Under the pieces are notes generated by a model. It was not told where the DNA came from. It worked only from the letters and a program-made list of their open reading frames with translations, and made no database searches. Positions 12,887 to 27,600 of a stretch of 64,000 nt of DNA are shown piece by piece. The translations under genes and the position numbers were made by a program. The DNA comes from the human T2T-CHM13v2.0 reference genome, Homo sapiens. Position 1 is the first letter of the stretch, and every line of letters starts with the position of its first letter. The DNA lies in NCBI RefSeq assembly GCF_009914755.1, contig NC_060927.1; one strand, given 5' to 3'.

Positions 12887-13967
12887 CCAGTTTGACTTTT
12901 CAACATTTTATTCTTATATTTGTACAGCTATATTTTACAACGCGATAATGCAGTTTAGACACAGCCAAACCCTGTCTCCGGAGTAGTTATAACACAAGCA
13001 TGACGCAGAATGGGATGAGACAAACATTCCCAAAGAGAGTTTAGTTAGTAACAACTTCAAGTCCCTGTGTCTGCCTACACTTCAAAAAGGGATGGTGCAC
13101 GCTCGCCCATCATTGAAAACTTCCGTGAAAAAAGGCACCGTGAGGACACGTTGTACGGGTATATACAAACTGAAAACTAGAACAAAATTACACATTTTTC
13201 CTTCTGCAGATTTTTTTGTTCTTTTTGTTTTTTTTAATACACACTTTGTAAATTGTAAACCTTCACTTGCAAAAAAATACAAATACACTGAGGCATTTTA
13301 GACAAAATATTTTCTTACTTATACAGATGCAATACTTAAAATATTCTCTTAAGTGCTCTTTCTCAATAAAGATTCTCAGATCCGTGTCTGCCTGCAGATA
13401 CAAAATCGAGCCTTTAACGCAGTTTTATATTTTTAATATATCTTTTTTAGGTTTATATATATTTATTTTATATATATATATATTTATATATTTACAACTC
13501 TGCCATATATTCCTTCACCTTTGGTTAAAAAAATTAAAGCCCTCTCTTTGACAACATACTGAAGTCTTGTCTTTTAAAAGAATGCACATTTACATACAAA
13601 AGAAACATCTGTTCCCACAAAACATATACATTCCTCATTTTGCAGACTAAAGTCAAGTCAGAACTTTTGCATACTCCCCTGCTTTGACATATAAAATGAT
13701 TTTGCTTTTTGCTGACATGGTTCACCTTACACATAGGAGAAGAAGCAATATGATTTTCTTAATGTTTTATGGCAGTGGGGGAGGGGGAGCTGCTGCGGCT
13801 CCCAGTCCCCCAGGCCCCGACCCCCACCACCCCCAACCCCCAGCTATGATTTGCACTAGTGGATGAAAGAGGCACTACATCATGGGATGAACATTGTAAA
13901 GTGTTACAGTATCCTTTGGGTAGATTCTGAGAAGGGGCTGGAGACGAAAGCATCAACACTCCATGCT
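12887..13967 (-). other. BCL6: BCL6 3'UTR
   Basis: Follows TGA at 13968-13970; AU-rich; ends ~20 nt after AATAAA. Confidence 0.9.
12907..12912 (-). terminator. BCL6: BCL6 polyadenylation signal AATAAA
   Basis: tttatt on plus strand, followed on minus strand by GT/T-rich downstream sequence (ctggcttggtctgg..cttttcttgcgttgg). Confidence 0.85.
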
Positions 13968-14111
13968 TCAGCAGGCTTTGGGGAGCTCCGGAGGCAGGTC
14001 AGTGGCTGACACGCGGTATTGCACCTTGGTGTTGGTGATGGCGCCATGCTTCTGGCGCAAGTGAAGTCGCAGCTGGCTTTTGTGACGGAAATGCAGGTTA
14101 CACTTCTCACA
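13968..14111 (-). CDS. BCL6: BCL6 exon 10 coding part (ZF6 and C-terminus)
   Basis: ccctgcag|TGT; CEKCNLHFRHKSQLRLHLRQKH...PKAC*; 144 nt. Confidence 0.97.
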   Translation of the reverse strand, partial: CEKCNLHFRHKSQLRLHLRQKHGAITNTKVQYRVSATDLPPELPKAC

Positions 14112-14849
14112 CTGCAGGGATATCAGAGGCAAACTGTTAGCTGTCATCAACCCAAGAAAGATGTCATTGCTCAAAGACCCAGAGAGGAAGATTCTCCCTA
14201 CGAGGGACTGGGGCAGCTCTTGCCTCTCCAAGGCCAGGTGAAGAACCCATATGCATCCGGGCTTCTGCCGACAGATAAGCTAGCGTTGTGCAAATGTCCG
14301 TTCCCTGCTTTCCCAAGTGTTGCTTCTGCCTCTCCCTTGCTAGAGACGTCCTTCCCTGCCTTAACTCCACAAGTTTGAGTCTTATCCAAAAGTGCAGTTA
14401 GATGCAAACTCTTCTAATGATTAAGGCATTTCTGAATCTCTCAAGGATGAAAATAATCCTTGTTTTCCTTTGAGCCTCTGTAAGATTTCTACCTTTACCA
14501 CACAGCCCTCCGTGTGCATGGATCCTTCTTCAGTGGGTAACACTTTGAGGGCAGTGGCTATTTTTTTCCTAAACTTTATAATCTTCCTAGGACCTCACAG
14601 AATATACCTCTTATTCAAATTATGCAATTAATCTGAACACATCTGGACAAATGGACTAGATCAGTCTGAATTCACGGAAATTCTGGAGTCTAGGGTAAAT
14701 TTTTTTAAATGCAGTTATATTCTTTCCTAGGGTATATATCCTAGATAAGCTAACTAAACATTAGCAAGTGGAGCCGTTTCTTGATTTAATTCAATGAATG
14801 GGTAATAAGCGCTTTAGTTTAGATAAAAGTTACTTAAAAGTAAAATGGA

Positions 14850-15110
14850 TGACTAAATGTAATGGGGTAATCTAGATGAGATCTTGAATGAGAAAGGACA
14901 TTCTTAGATAAAAACAAAGAAAATGTAAGTAAAGTACGAACTTTAGCTTATAATTATATTATCAGTATTGGTTCATTAGTTGTGACAAATGTATGGAACT
15001 AACGTAAGATGTTAACAATAGGATAAAATGGGTGCGGGTAGGAGCCCTCAGTACAATCTTTGCAACTTTTCTATAAATCTAAAACTATCCTAAAACAAAA
15101 AGGGTAATAA
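14850..15110 (+). mobile_element. L1MC-like 3' fragment in intron 9
   Basis: gactaaatgtaatggggtaatctagatgagatcttgaa..tcagtattggttcattagttgtgacaaatgta..tttgcaacttttctataaatctaaaact. Confidence 0.65.
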
Positions 15111-15682
15111 AATATGTTCAGATAGAGTATATGTTTTCAAGTGAAAATGGAAATAGATGAAGACAAATAAAAAATGAGCAGGGCCATGTGTAAACTCTCT
15201 GGTCTTGGGAGACATAGAGAATCTACTGTATCTATGCCATTCACCGCTGTGTGTCCCCAGCATGTCATTTCACTCTCCGGGCCTTGGATCTCCCTTCTGA
15301 ATGGCCTGGGTCAATACAGGCTGAAAGTCATTCTCAACTCTGATATCCTAGGCATCTAAAATTCTAGCAAATCATGATAGCAGATATTTATTTTACTATT
15401 ACTATGTGCATGTGCTATCCTCAACACTTTAATCATTAGTTAATACTACAACTCCATGAAGTAGATACTATTTTCAAACTCACTTTACAGATTAGGAAAT
15501 TAAGGTACTAAGAGGATAACGAATTTGCCCAAACAGCAAGTAAGAAGATATTCACTCACAGCTTGATCAACAAGTGAACAAAAATAACCATGTTTTGCAG
15601 GTTAACCTCCGGTATGTAGGTTAACCATTCATTGATTACTTCTTGTCCCCATCACCACCTAGAAGAATGTCATCAACTCCTC

Positions 15683-15880
15683 AAAGCAACCATAGGCAAA
15701 ACGTACACAGATGAGCGTGGCTGTGTTCCAATAACCTTTTACTTAGGGACAATGAAATTTAAATTTCATATAATTTGCATATGGCACAAAATATTCTTTT
15801 ACTTTTTAACTGTAAAAACCATTCCTAGTTCATGGAATGTTCAAACATTGGCACACAGGCTATAGCTGCCGAGACCCCGC
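15683..15880. mobile_element. MER58B-like hAT-Charlie DNA transposon fragment
   Basis: aagcaaccataggcaaaacgta..gagcgtggctgtgttccaataa..tgaaatttaaatttcatataattt. Confidence 0.75.
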
Positions 15881-16423
15881 CCTAGAACACTCCAATCCCA
15901 GTGAACCTATCCACAGTGTCGTGCTGCATGGCTGGCCGCCTCCTCTTTCTTAAAATGACCTTCTTTATGTTTTTTTTTAATTTTTTCCTGTAACATCATT
16001 AATTCTTATAACATTCTTTTTGTTCTCCTCCTCCTAAGACTGTTCCTTCTCAAACACCTTAGCTCCTCTTAAATGTGCATCTAGCCCAGTATGGGGTGTC
16101 CAGGAGGCAATCAATAAGTATTTGTGAAATGAATGAATCTAGGTGGAGTGAATCAAGTCTATGTATCCACAGTCTAGACTCCTCTCCTAAGGCCCAGATC
16201 ACCTAGTCCCATACCCTCATTTTAAAGATGAGTCCCCTAATGCTTGGGCCAAGGTCAAGCAGGGTGTCTGGCCATTGGGCCCAGATCTAGGTCTTCCAAC
16301 CATTAGCGTAGTGGTTGCCCCACTGTGTGCTTGAGATGGGAGCAAACAGTTCCACTGCCTCCCTGCTCCACCTCCTTCCCTGCGCTCCACCTCCTTCCCT
16401 GCCCTCCACATCCCCGCAGGTCA

Positions 16424-17215
<792 letters not shown>

Positions 17216-18240
17216 CTAAGCAGCCTGCTCCTCCCTGAGGCCACTTGTGTTTTCCTTTCCCTTAGGGAATGTGAGAGAGAGAATCCAGGGGCCTGCCCCC
17301 ACATCTGTCAGCCCTCTCTCACACACGCACCTGCATACCTCGCAGGGGACCAGGGCCAAGAAACAAGTGGTGGCACGGAGTAGCAACAATGCCAGGTGTG
17401 GGATAGGAGAGGGGGAGATTCCAGGAAGCCTGGGCTTTAGAACCAGCTTTGTCATTAGGATTATCTGCCTGCGGAACCTGGACAAGTCACTCTCCTTCTC
17501 TGGGCCTCAGTTTCCCTCTCTGGAACCTGAGGGGCTACTTCAGATTACCTGGGAAGGTTCTTCTAGCTTTTCCCTTGGATAAGACAGATTCACTCATCAA
17601 CTCATTCACCAGGGAGACACAATCAGGCTGCTCTAGTTTCTCTCTTTTAGAACAAACAGATTTTTCCGCTTGTGGCAACTACAGCTGGATTCCATTTGCA
17701 AGAGGGGTGGGGCTTGGGCCTGAGTAGATGCTCAGCAGAGGAAACCAATAGAATGGCTGAACCTTCCTTCATGGAAAGTTTTTGGGATAATAGGGCCATT
17801 TACGGTACTAAGAGAGTAGATTTTAAACAACAAGCAGGTCATGAGAAGCTACCTGGTAAAGGAATGTGAGTTGATAAGGAACAAGTCATTGAAACAAATC
17901 AACAGGCTTTTTTTTCTGGCTTTACAAAAATCGAATCTATTTGTCTTTCCCAGACTTAGTCTCTTCACCTGTACAGTGGGATTAACACTTCTGACCCCAG
18001 CAAAGGCAGAAAAGCAGGATAGAGCATCTCAGAGGAAAGACAAAGGATACAGGGAGTAGATGAGTCGAGTCACTAAGCAAAGACAAGACAGGGTTAGACC
18101 CCTCGTTCAGGCCAGGATGGGGCCTGCCTCCTGCCTTGCCCCACCAGGTCTCCAGGCCCCACACAGCTTTCTCTAGGATCCTCTCCCTGTCCTGCCCCAA
18201 TAATTGTGGAGAGTTCGGGTCGTGTGGGGCAGGGCCATAC

Positions 18241-18408
18241 CGGTATGGACGGTCTTGTGGCTGGCGAGGTTGCCCTTGTAGCGGAAGGAGGCCTGGCAGC
18301 GGTCACACTTGTAGGGTTTGTCACTGTGGGTCTGCAGCGTGTGCCTCTTGAGTGAGGCCTCCTCAGAGAAGCGGCAGTCACACTCATTGCAGAAGAAGGC
18401 CCCGTTCT
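18241..18408 (-). CDS. BCL6: BCL6 exon 7 (ZF1, ZF2)
   Basis: caacag|AG ... ACCG|gtatgg; ENGAFFCNECDCRFSEEASLKRHTLQTHSDKPYKCDRCQASFRYKGNLASHKTVHT; 168 nt. Confidence 0.97.
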
Positions 18409-19869
18409 CTGTTGGAGGGTGGTAGGGGGACACCAAAGTCAGCACGAGGAAGGGAGGTAGGGCTCTAAGGCCGCTCTCCTCTGTAGCTACCCCTTGTGCC
18501 AAACTGAACTCTCAGTCCCTCACTCACCCACCCGACATTCATGGGAGCTCGGAGCAAAGGATCTGTGGGGACTTTATTTTTCTTATCATTCAGAGTCTTA
18601 GCCATAGAGAAGGGAGAAAGGAGATGGACTGAATTAAGGTACAGAAGGGAAGCTCAAACCAACAGGTGCTCAGAGGGCCTGCGCCAGTTTGAGGAAAGCT
18701 CAACAGAGATTTTCTTTCCCCAAGAGCTCTGAGAATTGATTTTTAAAAATAAGTTTACAGTTTTATTTACATTTGTACACAGAAGCCCTAGGGCAAGACC
18801 CTTTACCTCTGAGCCTCTCTCTGTATCTCTGTCTTCAAAGTCAGATAATAAATCCCTGTCCTGCCTACCTCACAGGAGGATATTATATTACACAAAATAA
18901 AACACAAAGCATTCCAGGAATGTAAGACATAGGTCAAATTCAATTCTACTTTGAGGTCACTGAAGGAGGAATCAATGATGAACACTCTGTGGTCACCCTT
19001 GCACCTATTTGGATTTCATGTCTCCAAATCCTCCTGTGAGACTGGGAGACCGAAGCTGATGGTGGAAGTGGGAACAGAGGCCCAGAGAAAAAGAACTGGA
19101 GTGCAGAGCAAAGGCAAACTAGCCAGGGTGCAGGAGGGGACAGTCCCCGCTCTCCCATCTATGGGTCCATGACCCTGTGCCAAATCTCTTGGTGTAAGCA
19201 GCTGATTTATTTTTTCATTTGTTGTAACAATTTGAAAATGAGAAGTCACGGTGATTTTACCCTGATTAGGTACTACTGGGCTCTATTACTGTAGCCAGAG
19301 CTGGGCGAAGATTTAGACTTTTTTGTCTGGTAAAAACTGGGAATGCCAACCACCAACTATCCAGAAACTGCAATTTAATAATTCTCTTCAACTCTTTTAA
19401 CTCGACTAATATTACTGAGTTCCTACCCCATGCTAGGGACTTACTACTACCTATGGGGGATGTGAGAATGAATAAGGTCAGATGCTTCTCCTTACAGAAT
19501 GTACAGCCTGGCAGAGAATAACATGCACACGGGTCAGTCCTAGTCATTTTGGTATAGAGGAATGGAGAAAGCTCTGGGAGTTACAGCCAGCCCCACAAGC
19601 TACTTTTGCTGGCGTGAAGCTAAAATGACTGTATGGTAAGTCTTGATTACCCCAGATCAACTCTAAAACCCCATCCCTTGCTTTGGTTAACCCAGTTCCC
19701 CAAGAAGCGAAGCGTGGGATGAACGGCTGGTGACTTGGAGTGCCAGTGGACTTCCAATTGAGGACTGCTCCAATCAGAGACAACAGCATAAGTAAAATGG
19801 AGCACAAAACCTATGGAGCAGAGGGGCCTTCCTTCTCCCTGACAAGAGGAGGGAGGGAAAAGGACTCAC

Positions 19870-20054
19870 CACAGCTAGAATCTGAGTACTCAGACTGGGT
19901 CTCTCCCATCTCCTCAGGGAACGTGGGGCCAGTGGTGTGGAGGCACATCTCTGCATGCTGTGGGGACTGAGAGCCGCAGGACGTGCACTTCGGGGGGTGC
20001 ATGTAGAGTGGTGAGTGGCTCTCGCTGCTGCTGCGGGGAGAGCCCGTCATGGAC
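19870..20054 (-). CDS. BCL6: BCL6 exon 6
   Basis: ccatag|G ... TGTG|gtgagt; SMTGSPRSSSESHSPLYMHPPKCTSCGSQSPQHAEMCLHTTGPTFPEEMGETQSEYSDSSC; 185 nt. Confidence 0.97.
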
Positions 20055-20559
20055 CTATGGACAGGAGTAAAAACAGCCTCAGCACCTGGGGCAGGGCCTC
20101 AAGACCACCCTCTCCTCCCTGTGTGTAGGCAAGCCCAGAGGCCAGAGCTGGGCTGCCCACTCAAGCTCTGAGACCCCAGAGTTGTCCTCAAGTTTATCTC
20201 CAAACAGTATCTGCGGAAAGATCACTGACCAGGGTCAAACTGAGCCAGAGCTTCCCCGCAGCCCACAATCTCTCTCAGTCCAAGGGTAGTAGGATGGTCC
20301 CCTGCTACATCAAGACCACAGGAAGTGCCTGTGGGATTTACAGAATGCTATTCTGCCCCAGAAGGGAATTATCTCTCTTGCTATGAAAAAATATACACTA
20401 CTTAAGTGTAAAATACTTCCTTACTCAGACTAACTCAATCTATAGGCACTGACTCCACACCTCTAATAGGCTCAGCAATTCAGGCAAGAAAAGAAGAAAC
20501 GACATGGAACCCTGCCCAGGTAACCCCTGACCTCAGACCCAGACAGTCTCTGAAATCAC

Positions 20560-21531
20560 CTGTTAACGATGTTATTGAGCCGGCTGGCTTGTGGGATGGT
20601 GGAGTCCTCCCCGCTGGCACTCAGCTTGGTTGGGGACTGGAGGTCAAGGTTCTCAGGCTCCATGGGTGGCTGGCAGGCAGGTGGGGCCGTGTAGGCTCGT
20701 GGGGAAAGGCGGCCCAGCTCAGCCTGCTCAGGCCCCTCTGGTTTGGCATTCTGGTTGAGGCTGTTGAGCACGATGAACTTGTATTTCTTCCAGTTGCAGG
20801 CTTTGGGGTCAGTGGGGCTCTTGGCTGGAGGGGAGCCAGAAGCCTGGAGGATGCAGGCATTCTTACTGCTGCAGGACTCTGTGGGCGAGTTGGGCTGGCA
20901 GTCAGATTTCTGGGGGCTCTGTGGACTAACCAGACCCTTCCGGTTCAGGGGTGCATTGGGGGGCTCGAAATGCAGGGCAATCTCATCTTCCGAGGAGGGT
21001 CTCTCTTCTTCTTTGCTGGCCTTGTCACAAGGGAAGTAGGGGGCATTTCGGGCTGAGGGGGCAGCAGGTTTGAGGCCCTCAGCCACACTGTAGTGCATAT
21101 CACTTCGTGCCTCTTCTGGGATTGTTTCCTTGGGTGAATAGATATTGCTGTGGCACACATTGGGGGACACCTCCAAAGTCGGCCGGCTGTACTCACCAGG
21201 GACTGGCCTGGCACTATCACATGGGAGTGCCCGCTCCTTGGGGAAGGGGTTGGCCACAGGCATCCGGACATCCCGAAACTCCTCATCGGAGAAGAGGAGG
21301 CTGCTGACAGGGAGGTGGCTGTACATGGAATAAGAGGCTGGCGGTGTGGACAGGCCACTGTACAGGCTGGGGGCAAAGGCTCTGCTCTCACACCCAGGGG
21401 CGCTCCTCAGTGGCAGGTTGTTCTCCACCACCTCACGACCCCGATAGGCCATGATGTCTTGGGGCATCAGCATCCGGCTGTTGAGGAACTCTTCACGAGG
21501 AGGCTTGATGGCAGAAACCATCTCTGCTTCA
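20560..21531 (-). CDS. BCL6: BCL6 exon 5 (RD2/PEST region with KKYK motif)
   Basis: cacag|T ... AACAG|gtgatt; the 321-aa ORF in the track contains CNWKKYKFIVL and VSPQSPQKS; 972 nt. Confidence 0.98.
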
Positions 21532-23217
21532 CTGTGAAAGAAAAAAAGAGGAAAGACACCGGCCCCAAATCAGAACTGTTAAATAGATGACCTTCCAGTG
21601 ACACTTATATAACCACATCTGTGTTTGAATTAGCTAGACATAGGTGACGTGGCTCTGGAGCAGGGAACCACAATTACAACGCATTTATGCTAGAAGCCTG
21701 GAAATCCAGCCTGAAATTGGGAAGACTGAGGCCCAGAGAAGGGAAGTGAGTTTCCGGCATGATCTATGCCTGATTAGACATAATCTTGTATGTTTAAGGC
21801 ACATATCTATGCATGTGTGTGAATCTATAGCTCTTCTGATGTTATGAAATTTTATAGCTCACATAAAACTTTCAAAGCCCTTATCTCACTTCACCCATGC
21901 AAAATCCTGAAAGGAAGGAAAGGTGGTTATTATTATCTCCATTTTACACATAGGGAAACAGGAAAAGAATTTATACAATGTTGGTATGACACTTTTGGAG
22001 GATCATACACAAACGAGTAGCCTACTGAAGAAAGAACTTGTCCCAGATGCTGATGAAAGTTTACATAAAGAACAGGCAGCAAATGCCAATGTATGAATCC
22101 CTGGTCTAGAGCAGCCAGACCTGGTTTGCAAACCTAGCTGTGCCACTTAGCAGCTGGTGACATGGAGCCAGTTACTCAGCCATTCTAAGCACAAGGCCTG
22201 AGCCACTGAAAGTACTTGTAAATGACAGCAATGATGATCTTGCCACCGTCATCACTCACAGGAGACAAAGAACTCTAGCTGTATATACCTGAAGGAACAT
22301 CATGTGGGTGAAATAAATAGGCAAGCTCACCATGATCACAGTTAACGGAGCTAGAACCCATAAGAAGGTTAAAGAGAAGCCAAAAAGAGAAGCTTTCTAA
22401 CTGTCCAAGGTATGCTGTGTGGTTCTGGGAACACTGAGTTCCTGGCTCCTGGAGGTTTTCAAACACAGCCTGGAAAACCCTTCTGTTTGAGCGAGGATGC
22501 AATCACCCTAGCATGGCTGGATCAAAAGGTTCTAAAGAAGTTAAGCTCTGAGTCTCTGTTGCACTTAGTGAAGCTCTTCACTTCTTTGGATCTCAAGTTC
22601 CTCATCTTTAAATGAAGGTCATGTCTTATCACCCCTCAGGTAGGAGATTAAACTCAGTGAACTCCATTCAATTCAATAAATGTCCTGCCTAGTAGGAGCA
22701 GCGTGACATAAAAGGTGAATAAGATAGCCCCTATAACCTTGAGTAGCTCACAGTCTGGTCGGGAACTAAGGCACATATGTAAATAGTTATAATAGAAGTC
22801 TAAAGGAGAACTAAAATACATATGCAAATATTAAAATAGAAGGAAAGTTTAAAGCACCAGCAAAATGCTTCACAACACAGAGGAAGAGCTGAGGGAGGAA
22901 AAGTGTTAATCAGAAACACTTCCATGGAAGAGCTGGCATCCAAGATTAGCCTTGCAGGATGGGTGGGAGGAGAGGGTATATTAAGTGAATGGAAGAAAGC
23001 AAGATGCGGTAATGCATAGGACATACCTGTATAGCCACAGGAGTTAAGTCTGCCTGGGGCACAAGAGTTAAGAAGAGCAGAAGTGTGCAACAAGAGTGGA
23101 AATGTGGGTTGCAGCATATCATAGAGGAGTATTTTTTCTGTATGCATGAATTATCAAAGGTTTCTGATCGGGGACTATCTCTTCCATCTCCGACGCTTCC
23201 ACCCGGGTAGCAACTCA

Positions 23218-23463
<246 letters not shown>

Positions 23464-24119
23464 CTATAGTAGACATATCGAATCTGTGATCCCTTACAGT
23501 CAGCACTGATACTCAGCCCCTTTCCCCTGGGCCTACCTCCAGAACTTCTACGGTAATTAATAATAGCTGCTATTTATGGAGAGCTTACCAAATGTCAGGA
23601 GTCATTAAGCACCTTACATACATTATCGTTTGCTCCTTACAACCCTGCAAGGTAGGTACTATCATTCTCTGCCTTTACAAATAGGGGAACTAAGATCAGG
23701 GGGGTTAAGTGAATATTCTTAAAGTCACAGGGCCTGTTTTCCTTTTAGTCTTAACTGTACAGATTACCAGAGTTAAATTTAGCCCCTTTGCAGTAACTAT
23801 TCTTAGTCTACCTTTGTCATAAGCATTCCTTCTTGTTCCATTGCATTTACACTTATTTTTAAAATTCTATCTCTTTTTAGAATTTGGCTATGAATGACAA
23901 ATAAATAAAAATATGCCTACATCTATACTCTACTGCTTTTATCAAAGTCCATAGATTAACAGAGGGTCTGTTATTCCTTGAAGACCCAACTCAAACCCCA
24001 AGCAATGCCTCCAGGTGCCATGCTGTCTGGTGGTGGAAAGAGTACTCAATTGTAAAGAAGAATTCTGAGCTATCATCTTGATTCTTGATTCTACTTTTTC
24101 TGAGTGGGTTGCCAGAAGT

Positions 24120-24310
24120 GAGCCAGACTTCCACCAAGTAGCTATGCAACTTTGGGTAAGATATTTAGCTTCTCTGCATCTTGCTTTACTCATCTTCAAA
24201 GTAGGAGGAACAATCATGTCTACCTTATAGTGTTGTGGCAAGAATAAAAATGTAAAGGATATAGAATGATGCCTGGCATATAGTAAGCATTCACTAAACA
24301 TTATCTATTA
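24120..24310 (+). mobile_element. MIR SINE in intron 3
   Basis: tagctatgcaactttgggtaagat..ctcatcttcaaagtagg..gcctggcatatagtaagcattcactaaacatt. Confidence 0.65.
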
Positions 24311-25041
24311 TTTTTATATCTCCATAAGCCTCTGTTATTTCCACTATTAAAAATCAGGTGCTTAGAGTAGATGTTGGATAAGTTTTCAAATAGCAATAGA
24401 GATCCCTGATTCTGTATCATTTAACCTCCCTGTGCTTTCCTTTTACCATCTATAAAATGAAGGCAATAGTGTAATGCATAACACTGAAGACTACTAAAAA
24501 GATCCAGGAAGATGATATCATGTAATATAAAATTGCTCTGAAAACTCGAAATACTTGATAAACATGAAGAATCAGCTAGTTCACTCTCACTAACTCTTGC
24601 ATATACTCTGAACACCCATGGAAATTCAGTTGTAGCAAAAAATAAATACATTTATAGCATAAAAGAGCAAAACATTTCAAATTAACTTGCTTAAGCTACT
24701 TAAAGACAAAGAAAGTTCATTTGAAATCTTTTCTCATTTTTTCACTGGTTAACTGAAGTTATTCTCCATGTCTGCCCCAAACACATCCTTTCTTGGGGCA
24801 GTATATAATTTTTCTCCCTCTATGCCCACAGAACATGGCTCTTTCTTTTCTAAAAGTGCATTCATCCATTCATTCATTCATTCACTTGGGAGCCTACTGT
24901 GCCACGCCATGGTGCTGAGATCTGGAGACAAAGCGAGACGTCATCCCAGATGCAGTAAAAGGCCCACATGTTCTGCCTTGCTTGGCTGCCAGCACCATCA
25001 CCCCACTTTGACTTACCCACCCTTTCCTTTCAGATCCCTCA

Positions 25042-25290
<249 letters not shown>

Positions 25291-25544
25291 TTAGCCTGCT
25301 AAGGTACAGAATGCAACTCAGGTCCCTTGTGTTTGATCTTTGAACAATTCATAGTCCAACTCTGGCCATTATTCTTCATAGTTTTAAAATGGGGAGAATA
25401 ACTTTTATCCAACAAGTTGGGATAGAAAGCCCTTTAGGGGAAAAGCAAAGGGAATGAATATTTGTTGAGTGTTTTTCCCACATACCAAATACTCTGCCAA
25501 GCACTGACAGGTAGTGAGTATGTTGCAATGGAGAGACACCGTGT

Positions 25545-25852
25545 TTTTTGTTTTTGTTTTTGTTTTTTGAGATGGAGTCTCACACTGTCACCCAGGCTGA
25601 AGTGCAATAGTGCAATCTCAGCTCACTGCAAGCTCCGCCTTCCCAGGTTCAAGTGATTCTCCTGCCTCGGTCTCCCGAGTAGCTGGGATTACAGGTGCCT
25701 GCCACCATGCCCAGCTAATTTTTTTGTATTTTTAGTAGAGATAGTGTTTCACTATGTTGGCCAGGCTGGGTCTCAAACTCCTGACCTCGTGATCTGCCCA
25801 ACTTGGCCTCCCAAAGTGCTGGGATTACAGGCATGAGCCACCGCGCCCAGTC
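25545..25852 (-). mobile_element. Alu (S-type) in intron 2
   Basis: Full reverse Alu; TSD agacac(c/t)gtgtttt. Confidence 0.93.
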
Positions 25853-26379
25853 AAGACACTGTGTTTTAAGATTATCAGGCTAGACTTGCCTTTTGCTAGC
25901 TGTGGGACTTTAAGCAGATTGTTTACTGGTTTGGGGCTTTGGTTTCCCCAAATGGAAGTAGTAATACCTATGTGGTTATAAAAGTTAGAAATACATTCCT
26001 CGTTCATAGGAGGCTCTCAAAACTCATAGCTATTCTCATAGGTATCTTATTTCATCATCTCAGTCACCATTGGTCTCTCTCTACTGTTAGGCTTTAGAGT
26101 TGCTTGACTTTTGTACCTCGAGGAGCTAGCATATTGTTGGTGAACATTAGCTGGCTAAATTAGTTTGTACAAAGAAAGAGTAACAATGATTGACCATGCA
26201 AGTGGTAAGACAGTCTAATACAGAGGTGAAGGATGAGGACTAGGAGTGATGTAGAGGGAACTGGTTATCCTTGTCTCATATAATGAACAGTGGCAAAGTT
26301 CACAGAGACACATGTATTGGCAAATTCAAAAGAAACAGTTTGTCCCAACATTTTAAAGCATATAATTTTATTTACTTAC

Positions 26380-26418
26380 CCAATGCCTTGCTTCACAGTC
26401 CAAAATTTTGCTCAAAAC
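26380..26418 (-). other. BCL6: BCL6 exon 2 (39-nt non-coding exon)
   Basis: ctcttctctgtag|GTTTTGAGCAAAATTTTGGACTGTGAAGCAAGGCATTGG|gtaagt; matches the BCL6 5'UTR as I recall it. Confidence 0.9.
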
Positions 26419-27600
26419 CTACAGAGAAGAGAAGAAAGCAAACAGAAATTGATTTAACGAATGTAAGATTGTCCACTATAGTCTTATTTTAGGACATACA
26501 CATTTAGTTTTGCTTTGATAGTTGCAGCTTGCCAGCTGGTGTGGTTTTACCACAAGCTAACAAACATTTTCCAGCTCTGCTCTTACGGAAACAACAGGCA
26601 CCCGAAGCTATGAGATAATAATGTTTTTATCCGGAGTACTGGGAGTACAATTGCATACATTAATTAGTTATACATACATACATACATATATTTCCTTCTT
26701 CAAAGAAAAAATTTATACTATCCAAAGGCCACTAGAGTTTATGGGAAAGAAAAAATAAGAAAAATGGTTCTGTCAACATTAACAATAACGATTCGTCCGT
26801 GGCCTAAAACCACTGGACGTCATTCAAAACCTGCTAAAATATTATCTTTCAAGCCTTAGAATGATTCCGCAAGGACGATAGGGCCAATATCTTTATCCTT
26901 ATTTCACTGGCGATGAAACTGAGACTTAGGGGTTCAAGTGGCTTGCTCAAGACAAACAGCTAGGCAGTATTTCCTGCCCATCTGAAACATTAAGACTGAA
27001 TATAGACTCTGCAGAACACAGCCTGAGATGTCATGTCTACGTATTCCTTGAAAACCTTTGTCTTCTTTTTCAAAGTGTTCTCTCCCTTCCCTACTGGGTC
27101 TAAGACCAGACAGAATGCCATTGCTTCTAAGTTTGTGCTTCTCCCTGCTGGTAAAAGACTTAACTATGTGATTTAGCTGAGAACTGGCCAGGGAGCACTA
27201 AACCTTGAAGAGATTTAATGAAATATGTACCTCCTTCCAAACCGGCTTCTCTAAAACAAAATCATTAAAAGCACAGGTGTAAGACCCTCATTTATGATCA
27301 AATGTGGGCTGCAAAATAAAACAATATTTGAACTGTCTTCCCCCCTTTAAAAAAAAAAAAGCAGAACCTTTTAGAGCTATTTTCTGGGTAAAGAGGCCTG
27401 AGGCCAACAAGGTCATGTTGGGCCATGTACATGGTTGGTGACCCGGCCCTAGGTCTTCTGGCTCAAATTCCTGTCCCCTTTCCAAATCAGCCTACGTGCT
27501 GTAGAACATGCAAGACAGCACCCTGATGTGGGTGAATCTCATTTTTAAGTTCCTTCCCCCACACAAACACTTTGCCCCATTCCAGGCTGCTGAGTCTTAC

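Noticed and set aside
20589-21590. Antisense and alternative-frame ORFs over exon 5 (155, 148, 146 aa)
   Set aside because: Expected shadows of a GC-rich coding exon; no recognisable domains
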